A stretch of DNA of 64,000 nt, from contig CP068257.2 of assembly GCA_009914755.4 (NCBI GenBank), forward strand, positions 28,192,001-28,256,000. Direction: 5' to 3'. A model generated the notes under the pieces. It saw only the letters and a list, made by a program, of their open reading frames with translations. It had not been told where the DNA came from and did not search any database. Source of the stretch: the human T2T-CHM13v2.0 reference genome, Homo sapiens. Made by a program: the position numbers and the translations under genes. This document shows positions 52,894 to 64,000 of the stretch, piece by piece. Each line of letters starts with the position of its first letter. Position 1 is the stretch's first letter.

Positions 52894-55800
52894 GCCACTC
52901 AATGGTTGAAAGAGGAGCAGGACAGAGAGGAGTTAAAGATGAGTCTAAACATCCTGGTCTGAGCAGGAGGGTCTAAGCTTGTCAATCCTGTTAATGGAAT
53001 TAGGCAGCATAGAAGAAGGAACAACTTTCAGTAGAAGACAGAGGGCTCAGCTCTGCACATGGGTTTGAAACAATAGCGGGGAAGCTATTAGAAATTTCTA
53101 AAAATGCTGTTGGAATTGGTGGTCTGGAGTTCTTAGGGAAGTCAGGTATAGAGGTATCTATGTTAGAGTGATCAACAGAGAGAAAGAGCTGCCAACTGTG
53201 GTACCCAGGAGAAGCAAAAGAGTAAAGAGGGAGCTGTCAAAGGGGAAGAGTTAGTGAAAGGCATCCAGAAGGGACTTGTATTACACTGGCTACCAAATTG
53301 TTCAGGTTCACGAGATACATGGAAGAAACTACTAGATAGCTAGGTATGCATTTAAATGTACCTAAGTATATCTGACCACTTTAAGAGAAAGTATTTTCTT
53401 TCCTATTTTTGTTTTAATTAGTTGTATTTAGAGTTGGCTCCAGGGTTTTACTTATCCTCTTAAAACCTGGTAATTGTAACGTTGATTCATGATTTCTTTG
53501 TTATTGCTGTTTTTTTCCCCTATAGTTAAAACTAGTAGAACAATTAGCAGTCCCGATCTTCCATCTAAAGACATTTTAGGAAAAACGGTAGCTCTTTAAG
53601 GAGCTAGTTTATTAAAAAGAAAGAGGATAATAAGGCCAAGCAATTTTGCAACTGTCTTCTGCTTATTTCCCTGAGATGAAAGATAATAACAACCTCTTCA
53701 CACAGCCCCAGTTCTTTGATTTTTTTTTTAACAAATGCTTAACATCAAACAGGAGATGAAGAAAACCTCAAGCCAACCATCTTAAAGGCCTATTAGCATT
53801 TAACCTCTTAATATTTTGTGGTGAAAAGAGTTTACATATGCAATTGTTACAGTAATAGTTCCCTGAAGCCCCTGGGGGCCTTCATATTATGGTGGGACTA
53901 CAGAGTTTCAGAATACGATTTGTATAATAACCCTAATCAGAAAAATAAATTACTCACGCTTCACTGTATTTCAAACATAGCACTAATTCACCTCTGATGT
54001 AATCAAATATTGAGGTGCTAAACACAAAAAAACCTCAAGTCTATATTATTCAGTGTACCATTTATATCCCTTAAGTATTGACAGGAAAGGTATATTTACC
54101 TTTTATTTGTCAGCATAAAACTTCCTACACTGTCATTAGAAAAATCTTTACCAACTCATTTCATGTTTCTTTGAATCAGAATGATTTCATTTTTCTGCCA
54201 AGGAAATGTTGCCAACTTCAGATGTGCATTAAGAAAAATGGTCTGGCAAGATAGCAAATTCCAATTTCCTATGATCAGAGAATCTTATTACATTCATCCT
54301 CTCTCTTCCTTCCTGTTCACATAGGAAGTTAAAAGATGTTTTTAGGTTTGAATTTGCTTAGCTCTACATTCTCATAAATGGAAGGTAATGTTCTGGGAAC
54401 TGGCCAAACACTAACTACATCTAAGAAATGAAATTCTAAAGCCCAAGTTTATTTCTGGTTGCTATTGAACTTTCCCATTTGTTGTTAAATGTGCAGATTG
54501 CCAAGTAGCATATTGTCTGTGACAACTTTACACAATGGTGGAGATCTGCAGATGGAGTGTCTTTTCACATATGATAAATGCCTAATTTAATGCTGATTTG
54601 TGGCAATCAGGACAATGCTGCAGGCTCTTTCTGCTCAGGGATGTCTTGATAGTAGACCCAGGAGCAGGGCATGAGCTCAGGCCCAACCATGGGTTTATGA
54701 CTACAGCAGTGTTGCCCACTGTCCCTCTTAAAACACTTAAGCTGGAAGGGACCATCATCTGATAAGTGCATAGGTGGAAGTCCAGGAAGGCTAGGTGATA
54801 AGGTGAAGATCTCTGAGGTTAGTAGTGCCCCAGGTTGGGTGCCACTGAACAACACCAATGTAATTTGTTTTGAGAAGCACCCAGGAGCACAACAATCTCA
54901 AGACTAAATTTCTGTGGAAAAGCCTAATCCTGATTTGTTATTACAACCCAGAATAGATCCTGGCACACTGTAAATAATCAATACATGTTTGTAGAATGAA
55001 AATTAATTAAAATGATTTAAAGTACTCTGAACCACTTGTAAGTTTTGCTAGCACTTTCCCTCTTAGTATAGCTTTGCCTTATTTCTCCTGTAATTTATGT
55101 CCAATTTATTTGCCTAATCTGAGTGCTAGATAGCTTCCTATTGGTTCTAAAATGCAGTTGGGTATATATGTAATCATGCTTATTGAAGATTAACTTAACT
55201 GGATTAAAAATGGTATTTTATTTTCATAAAATTTCAATAAAATAAAACAAAATAAAATGGGCTCCAGAGTTTGGAGATACTCAGTTTTTAAAGAATTAAG
55301 AATCAGAGAGGCTGAGTCGCTTGCTCCAGACCACACAGCAGATAAGTGTCTTATTCCATGCAAGGGTCAGATTCATCTAACACATGTATCTGGAACTCTA
55401 TTGGAAATGTTTACATATAAAAATATGGCTTATCCCTTACTGGGTCCCTCATTTTATAGATCAGGAAACCAATGTCTAAAGTGGTTAAGGCATGAGTAGA
55501 AGGTTGACTGGTTAATAGAGGTGAAATTGGCATATGAACAAGATTCTTCAATTCCCTGTCCCTTTCTTCTTCTACTGCACCATGACTCCTTTGGCTAGAG
55601 TGGGAACTCAGTACTCTTACATGTGTTGGAATCATCCCTTGATATAAAAGACTTTTTATATTTACTATCTTTGGCAGTAAAGTGTGCTCCACAATGGTAT
55701 TCAAAATACTATGTAATATTTAATTTGTAAAAAATAAAAGACAATCTTTTACAATTGACACATTTCCATTTTCTCCCAACAACCATCCATTTGTTTGCTT

Positions 55801-58800
55801 TTTCTATTCACTATGCTCGGAGGCAGGAATTCAAAAATTAATAAAACATACTCCTTGGCATCATGGGATTCGTAGAACAGAAAGGAGAACAGATGGTTGG
55901 GGTAAAGGTATCTGAGGCAAAGCCTTCACAGATCAGAACAGAGACAAATTAAACAAACAAACAAACAACAGTAACAATAAATAATGACATCAAAAAAAGG
56001 CCATAACAGGCATTTGTTGTCCGTTTAGGAAGAGATGGGACTTTTGGGTGGTTTTACTGTTTGGAAAATGAGTTTTGTGGTTTCATTTCTATCCTCCACA
56101 TTCCATTAATTCCATGGTTCCCTGATGACTACCATATTATTCCTAGGTACCCCTTTTTTGACTTTTAAAAGAGTTTGGCCCATACTTAATGTATTTTTAA
56201 ACGTTTTAACATTTACTAATATAGAACCTTCTATTGCCTATTTCCTTCTGGTTTATTCCCTTTCCTTCTGTCATTGAAGAAATGGTTCTAGTGGTAGAAA
56301 TACTCCACGATTGAGAAGAATGTGGGAAGAAAGGAGGGCTGGTGGGTAAGAATTGCTCATGATGTCTCCCTCTGAATTCTGTGCTCTCACAATGACACTC
56401 CAATGTGTGGTTTGACGCCTGGAAGAAGCAGCTCATGATGGGGAAGAATCCAAAGCAATGTAGTTGGAATATCATGCGCAAAGAACTTACAAAGGGAAAA
56501 AGCTTATCAAATTCACAGAACCGAAATGAGGGTCCTTGGGAACAGAGAATTATCTCACATGCATATTCCCTGGCCTAGGTAAATAAGTGCTAGGCAAAAG
56601 TGCATGAGTAATTGAATGAGCCTGGAAAGTTTGTTTCTATTTCTCCACACATGAAATTCTTGTTTATCCTTTAAGTCTTAACTGAACATTGGCCTCCTCC
56701 ATGAAGCATTCTCTATCTACCACGATCTATACAGAGCTCTCTTTTCCTTATTTATTTTTATACTAATAACCAGGGGCTGCAACTTGCTTTACTTTCTTGA
56801 TGTCTAATTACTTTTTCTTTCCAACCAGCCCCCAAGGTCCTTGAAACCAGAAGTCCAGCTTTAACCTTAGTCATTACCTCCTTCAGGCTTTAACATAGTT
56901 CTGTGTTCATGGAATCGTGGCTTGTCTGTTGCTAATACCTGAGGGACTCAATCCAATACTAATTCAACAATGTCATGCTCATCTGGAAGCAGTATTTAAT
57001 ATATTTGGAAGGTAACTTAACCCATTTAGTGGTTTTCAGATATCGGGAAGTAGGAAAATGTATTTGTATATTCTACAAAATATTTCTAGTTATCTAACTT
57101 TCAGCAACCATTTAAATTTACTTTATAAACTCTTGTGGTTCTATGAAACAGTATTAGAACTGATAATAAGTGCAATAGAGGCTGGTGAGTCAAATAAAAA
57201 TAATGGCTTCACATTTGACCTTTAGCAAGTAAAGAATTCTCAAGTATATAGATTTGCAATGGTTTTACTTCATTAAGTCACTCAGCGAGACTGACTATTG
57301 GTTGTTTCAGGAAAGAAAGTCATAACTAACAAGCAGAGAGTTCTTAATATCAGCCTCTGAGGTCCCCTGTTTGCCACAAAGCAAGTGGTGCACATTTTCC
57401 TTCCAAATAGAAAAAATAAAAATGAAATATAAAAGCTTATTAGACCTTCCAAATCAGGATCTTCTGTAGACACACTCAAGACACCCAGGAAGGCATCAGT
57501 GTTATCAGGTATCAGGTTATAAAGAAATCAGACTATAATCCTGTGACATTCTGAATGGGAATGGAAAGACTGGTTTACAATGATAGTTTAAAATTTAAAA
57601 ATATTTATGTGTTTTTTCTCAAAGTCCACTTTCTTTTTTTTCTCATTGCAAGAAAATTAGAACAGACACATTTCAAAATCTCCCAGCACAGAATAGCTAT
57701 ATTCTGCAGTGAATACCAGTGAAACCACAGAATAATTAGAAAGAAAATACCTAAGAGAAAACCAATCAAAGAAAACCCGACAGGCTTCAACAGGTTTCCT
57801 TCAGGCCTGAGATATTGAAGTCCTTTTCCACTCTGACTCTTCCTAAAAAGAAGGGGGGGATGCTTTATGTAATCTATTGATAAGAAAGGAGGTAGACAGA
57901 AATCTTGACTCCCATGTGCTGCTCCATTTTATACAGGGAAACACATTGTCTACTGTTAAATAATTTTTCTTTGTAGTATGGTTCTGTTACCTGCCCATAT
58001 CACTGTTCGATAAGCTGCTATGAGCAAACATATTATATTTAATGGAAGTTGAAAGAACAGGCAGAGGGTTAAGTTTTCCAACATGTATGGTTCACAAAGC
58101 CAGATGCCAAGATATGGTCTAATCTTCTAAATATATACATTTGTCCATTATAAATCCTTTTTCCAGAGTAATTTTTAAAACAAATCTCATTTTACTATCC
58201 TATCGTAAAATGTTTTTGAATTAACCAGAGTCTACTTACCATTTCTCTAAGTATGGTCAAGAGGAAGAACAGGTTGGTTGTATTTTTTTCCATATGAGGA
58301 CTTTCGTCCCTCTACTCCCACCCCCGACTCTTTGTATTATGGACAGGGAAACAGAAAGGAAATTACTAAGTCAGGGAGAGAGTTACTTGATGGCCATGTT
58401 CATCTCTCAGTTTGCCATTTGATGACGTAAAACATAAGAAAACATGAAAGTGGGTGCCAATGTTTCTAACCTAACAGATAAAGTTTGTGGATTTCTGAGC
58501 TACATTGCATTACTAGTAATAACTGAAAACATAGATTATCAGCTATTGTGCTACATGCTTTACTTAAAGTAGTTATTATCTCCACCTTCAAGACGAGACA
58601 ACGGAGATTTAGAAATTAAGTAACTTGACTAGTTAAAACTGACACTAAACCTCTTAATTTTAATCTCTCACTATAGCTACATGCATAAAGTTATGATTAC
58701 TTAATTGCTGGAAGGGAATCTTCAACAGACATCCAGTGTTCACCCACAGAGCTATCCAGAAAAAGTTCCCAAATCACACAGATACTGGTTCACTTGGTGA

Positions 58801-61800
58801 CGATGTTGCTCAAAACTGTTCCATAAAAGATTCTAATCCCAAATGAAACATTTCAATATTATTTTCATTATTGGAAAAATCTCCATATTTTAGGTCTCCT
58901 TGAGTAAATGAGAATGAGCTGCATTTTAAAAACTACTTTTTAATGGACACATTGTAATTATGCATATTTATTGAGCAAAAATGTGATAATGTGATGTTTC
59001 AATACATACATATATTGTATAATGATCAAATCAGGGTATTTATTGTGTTGACCGTGGATTTGCTTTCATGAATGTTCATATGTATGTCAGAGTTTCATGT
59101 CAGGGCAATGGACGTTGTATGGTTAAATAGTCTTCAACTTCTTCTTCTAAGCCTTTGCTAGATGGTTTTTAACTAAATATAGGCATATTAAAAGTTCTCT
59201 TCTCATACCACAACCCTGACCTAGCTGTAGTTGGTTTACAGTGGGACTCAGATGGATGGAATTATTTTTTCTTAACGTAAGAAAAATAAATTCCTTCCTA
59301 GAGATCTGCAAAAAAATCTTGTGATATAGAATTGGTGGGAGTGAAGGAATAGAATTTAGCCCTTGATTAAATACAGCACCTATTTGCCATTTAGAATTTT
59401 AGTGAAAGATATTGTCTTAGAAAACTTGCTTCAAAGGAAACATTAATGAAAAGGTAGAATGAGTGACAAATACTGCCAAAATTTCTATCATAGCATCAAT
59501 GATTACATGAGTTAATGTACTGATGACTGCCTGCTGTAAATGCCCATCACTGTCAGCAACATTTTTCTAACAAGGAGGACTGCTGTGCCATCTCATGTTA
59601 AGCAATAAAACTTAGGAGGTGAATGACCTGCCATAAACCATCAAAAGCATTCAGAGCTGTTCTCCTTTGAATACCTCCAATTATCTAAATTTATAACTGA
59701 TATAAACAGGAAAATCAGAATTAAACGTTTAAATTGCTGCTTCTCCACCATTTGGTCTTCTTTATCTTTCCCATTAGAACCATTGTTAGTCTAGCTGTCT
59801 TAGCTAATTCAGAGGAAACATCAGGGGAAGATCAATGTATGAATCCCTCATGGCCTATTTGATGTCAATCTAGTCCTTTTTATGAAACACTCTTCCTATA
59901 GATTTAGAATGTGTTATTGCCAATGTTTCAGGCTGACCAGCAAAATGCTCAATAAACAAGGCACTTTCCTCCCAAATGACACAAGAGTCAAATGGATGCT
60001 GGATACTTAAAAGAAACAAATCTTTACTTATAACATGAGATTAGCTGAACAGAACTTGAGTTGAAACAGAAAATGCCTGTGAGTTCCAAGGGATCATAAC
60101 TAATATTAATGCATTTTGCTTTCATCCAGAGAAAAAAATATAAAGTCTATGCTCTCTTTTGCCTCACTCCTTTCACCTCTTTTTCAGGCTGACTTTGTTC
60201 TGTTCTTTGCACATATTTTCCAGGAATACCAATATTGGAACAGTTTTGAAGATATAGAACTGGGCTGACACTGCAGTGTGTTCATTGTGTTGGCTACCAC
60301 TGGAAGGCCCACCAGCACACTTCTGTCAGGAAGAAAAGCATTCCAACACACTTATTATAAAGATGGAGGAGAAGGGCATTCACTTGTTTTCTATTGAATG
60401 ACTTCTATTCTATGTACAAGACACTGTAGGGAATTACAACTTCGTACTTAAAAAAAAAGTATCTTGTTGTGTGTACAATAACTTTAAGGGTAAGTTCAAA
60501 AGACCCCAAACACTTGCTTTTTTGGCTTTTCTTTTCCTACTTACAATGGATCCTTTCAACTCTGTTGCCTGGCTTATTATATCCTTTCTTATCACCAGGT
60601 TAATAGAACTCTAGGCAAATTTGACAGCCAAATATCGGAGTGCATCCGTAAACATAAATCCTGGTAGGTGCTCATAGACTCAGAAACAAAGGAGAAGAAC
60701 TGTGAGTTATGAGAGAAATGGCAACTAAGCCTTTTTCAAAGAGAAATGTACATATCCACACATAGGTAGCTGGAACAATTAGGGGAAGAAAAAACATCAG
60801 TGAAAGTTAAAGAGAGACACCTTATTAGATTTATTTGGGGGGATGATTAAGGCATAGCTCATTAAAATTCCTTTAGTCTTTCTTCTCATTTACTTTATTC
60901 ACCATAGGCATGTCAACTTATACTAATTGTATGGTGGTTTTATAAGTATCGAGGAAGATTATCTGACTAGCTGAAACTACTTTCATTCTAAATCAGACAA
61001 CTTTGAAGGTTACATTAACTCTTTCATGACACTGAATGAGCTAGAGTGTTATGAGTTTTCAGACTACAAAGTCATTGCCTACACTGCACATTTTTGTTGC
61101 ATCCCAAAAATTTTAGGCATTTTAAAATTTAATTCACATGAAATAAGTGTCACTTACTTCTTTGGAAGAATATGGGGGTACAGAAGTTCTAACCTAACAA
61201 TCCAGGTCAAGTCAATAAATCTGACTCCCATATTCCACTTCAATCTGAGTTATTTAGAGGAAACATTGAGCTCTTCTGAGGGACTCATCACAGCCTTTGC
61301 TTCCATTAAGTAGTCACCTGGTGATGTCAGACATGGGTAGATCAAGATATTGAGCAATCATGTTAGCACACCTCTATCTACCATTGCAAGGGTATCAGAA
61401 CTGTGCTAGACTACTGATAACAACATACATAACCACCAGGTGTCTTGTACACATTTCAGGCAATTTTTTCTCATATAATAAGAAAGTCAGAGGTAAGGGG
61501 TTGCTTGCTTGGGTCCAGCTGTTCAGTAATGCCAGCCTGGACCTAAGTTACTATAATCTTTTCCCTCTTCCTTCCTCAGTGTGTTGGCATTTTTTTTCCT
61601 TAGGCTTGTTATCTCATGCAGCTGTTCCAGAAATCATATCTATGTTCACAGCAGGAGAAGGGGAATGTGGAAGAAATTTCCAGTATGCTTATATCTCATT
61701 GCCCAGAGCTGTACACTATGGCCAATCCAAGGGAGACTGGGAAAATGAGTATCCCTCCAGAGCTAGGGATAATGCTTTCCCAAACAAAATCAGGGTTCTG

Positions 61801-62003
61801 TCTTTCTGTCTGCAGGAAAAAGGGTAGAATAAATACTAGATTGGCAACTAGAAGTATCAGGTGAACTATGGTAAAAACCAACTCCCCAAAAGCTAGAAAT
61901 GAGGGGCCTGCTTCCCCCAACAACCTCAAAGGACTAGGAAGAACATCAATGAGGGAGAAGCCTGCACTCCTTGCCTCCTTGTCTCCATTTTATAGCCCCT
62001 CCC

Positions 62004-62027
62004 TCCCTCCCTCCCTCCTTTCTTTTT

Positions 62028-62089
<62 letters not shown>

Positions 62090-62091
62090 TT

Positions 62092-62123
<32 letters not shown>

Positions 62124-62170
62124 CTTCCTTCCTTCCTTCTTTCTTTCCTTCCTTCCTTCCTTCCTATTTT
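62004..62170 (-). repeat. Polypyrimidine compound microsatellite (CCCT)n(TTTC)n(CT)n(CCTT)n, i.e. the expanded A-tail (on the minus strand) of the Alu at 62171-62458
   Basis: ccctccctccctccctcctttcttttttctttctttctttc...(tttc)n...ctctctctctctctctctctctcc(ttcc)n. It lies between the Alu body and the upstream TSD copy. Confidence 0.95.
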
Positions 62171-62458
62171 TGAGACAGAGTTTCTCCTCTGTCACTAAGG
62201 CTGGAGTGCAGTGGCATGATCACAGCTCACTGCAGCCTTGACCTCCTGGGTTCAAGAGATCCTCACCCCTAGGCCTCCTCAGTAGCTGGGACTACAGATG
62301 TATGCCACCATGCCCAGCTAATTTTTGTACTTTTTTGTACAGATGGTGTTTTGCCATATTGACCAGGCTGTTCTCAAACTCCTAGGCTCAAGAAATCCAC
62401 CCATCTCAGCCTCCCAAACTGTTGGGAACCACTTACAGGTGTGAGCCATTCACCCGGC
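62171..62458 (-). mobile_element. Alu SINE, minus orientation, with an expanded tail and a 12-bp TSD
   Basis: tgagacagagtttctcctctgtcactaaggctggagtgcagtggcatgatcacagctcactgcagcc ... ttgggaaccacttacaggtgtgagccattcacccggcc. TSD tagcccctccct at 61992-62003 and 62459-62470. Confidence 0.95.
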
Positions 62459-64000
62459 CTAGCCCCTCCCTTCTTAAGGTTTTATTACAGACTAGTCTAT
62501 TTCTGAAAGCTGTGACTCAACAGCTAACAAATGCCACAAATATTTCTAAATCCAATAACAGTCAACTATGCAATAATTGACAACTGATGTGCAGCATTGC
62601 AACAGCCTGAAGCCTTTTTATACACACTTGTAACAACAATGAAGCAGGTTTTAAAGGCCAGATAGCTGTACTCACCAAAGAAATCCACCATCTGGTCTCC
62701 ACTATGATGGCGTTTTAGATTAGAGGAGTTTTTTTTTCCCCCTCCCCACTATCTTTTGAAGAACAGGTGGTTGTCCTGGCCTTCCATCATGGAAAGGTTT
62801 CCCTTTTTATAAATGGCAACACAAAATATTCCATCCTGTTTTTTTGTAACTTTCTCCTGAAATCTTCTGCACCAAATCTGTTAAAGTTTCTTCTTCTCAA
62901 AATAGCTATGAGGAAGTTGACTTCTCAAGGGCAAAAACCTTTGCAGGGACCTCTTAGAATATGGAAATTGGACTTCTAAAATCTTCTTACTTGAAACAAA
63001 GTAGGTCAACTCTTTAAAAAGTATACCAGACATTTTTGACAACAGAATACCAAATAAATTTTAGATAATGACTGAACTGAATAAAATGCATGGACAAGGT
63101 AATAAAAATGGGAAAGTTAGAATACAATGAGAGTAATATATGTTAAGTATTTTTTCTTAAAGGTTATATTTATACACATTTTTAACATAAAAAAGGTGGA
63201 GAACATATTTGTCCTTCTTTCCATTCTCCGAGTTCTTTTAAAAGATATGGGAAACCTTTAATTATAAGTCAAGAGTAAATACTCCTACTGTGGTTCACTC
63301 CATCCAGGATAAATCCAGAATCACAAGGAAAATCTATAATTGTACTGATCCCTGAACATTTTGCGTTTCAATTTTTTCCTTCTCCTTCTTTTTTTTTTCT
63401 CCTCCACCTCTTGTTCTTCTATTCCAGTAAATATCCTGCTACACTATAGGCATTTGACAGTATGATATTAAATGACATTGCACCCTATAAATCTTTTATT
63501 CATCCTACAAAATCTTTGTAACATACATTACAGGATCTAAATTACTGCCCAGTAAGGAAAATCATCTCATATTTTAGAAACCATCTCTAATTTTCTGTGG
63601 CTTGTGCTATCTCCTCTTCTTCAGTTTAAAATAGTGTGTTTCAGCAAAGAGCAAATAAGTGAGTTAAAGACTAATTTACTTTATATTTTGGCATCCTGTA
63701 TTTTAAGTAACTTTTAAATGTATTAAATAGAATTATCCATAAAGAAGGAAGATAAAGCTAAGTATAAGTTTCTTATACATCTAAGTTTTAATTATAAAAA
63801 TTAATAATATTTATTTTGAATAACTGTGTCCTTTGTAGAGTTGTTCTGAAACACCGATGCAACCCTTATCTGTGAAAATGTCTAGATCTCCTGGGACAGA
63901 GTAATTGTATCTACCCTAAATTCAAGATTTATCTGTCATTTGACAATAAGTCATGTGATACTGTTTGTCTGAATTATACTTTAATGTTTAATCATAAATA

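Noticed and set aside
55257-55500. Second MIR-like patch (cattttatagatcaggaaaccaatgtctaaagtggttaaggcatg; agaatcagagaggctgagtcgcttgctccagaccacacagcagataagtg)
   Set aside because: The similarity to the MIR core is fragmentary and in mixed order. It is too uncertain to list as a feature.
61360-61827. 155-aa ORF in non-repeat sequence
   Set aside because: It resembles no protein family I know. It could only be tested by mapping to the human annotation. Random ORFs of this size are common even in AT-rich sequence when three stop codons are avoided by chance, so I am not calling a CDS.

Overview
This 64 kb window is not prokaryotic DNA. It is AT-rich, CpG-poor primate (almost certainly human) genomic sequence saturated with primate and mammalian retroelements. 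I can place 13 Alu SINEs, most with readable target-site duplications (TSDs). I can also place an L1 3' end with its poly-A tail, older L1 ORF2-region fragments in antisense orientation, and one structurally complete ERVL-MaLR (THE1/MST-type) element with both LTRs and a 5-bp TSD. In addition there are three MaLR solo LTRs (THE1-, MLT1- and MST/MLT-like), MIR fragments, a CpG-rich TIR-bearing MITE-like repeat, and more than a dozen microsatellites. Several of the microsatellites are expanded Alu poly-A tails. The six-frame ORF track contains no credible gene. The longest ORFs, at 145-180 aa, fall inside LTRs, MIRs or GAAA/GA microsatellites, and prokaryotic ORF calling has little meaning for a eukaryotic, intron-bearing genome. 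I could not recognise any exon, CpG island, tRNA or rRNA. I find no evidence of any prokaryotic defence or other novel system. The window looks like ordinary intergenic or intronic, repeat-rich human DNA. Its noteworthy items are transposable-element structures: a perfect 44-bp-arm palindrome abutting a truncated L1, roughly 270-bp polypurine tracts, a young CpG-retaining AluY, nested and duplicated LTRs, and a TIR-like inverted pair bracketing an LTR insertion. All coordinates come from reading the sequence. Family names beyond Alu, L1, MaLR and MIR are from memory of consensus sequences and should be confirmed with RepeatMasker/Dfam.
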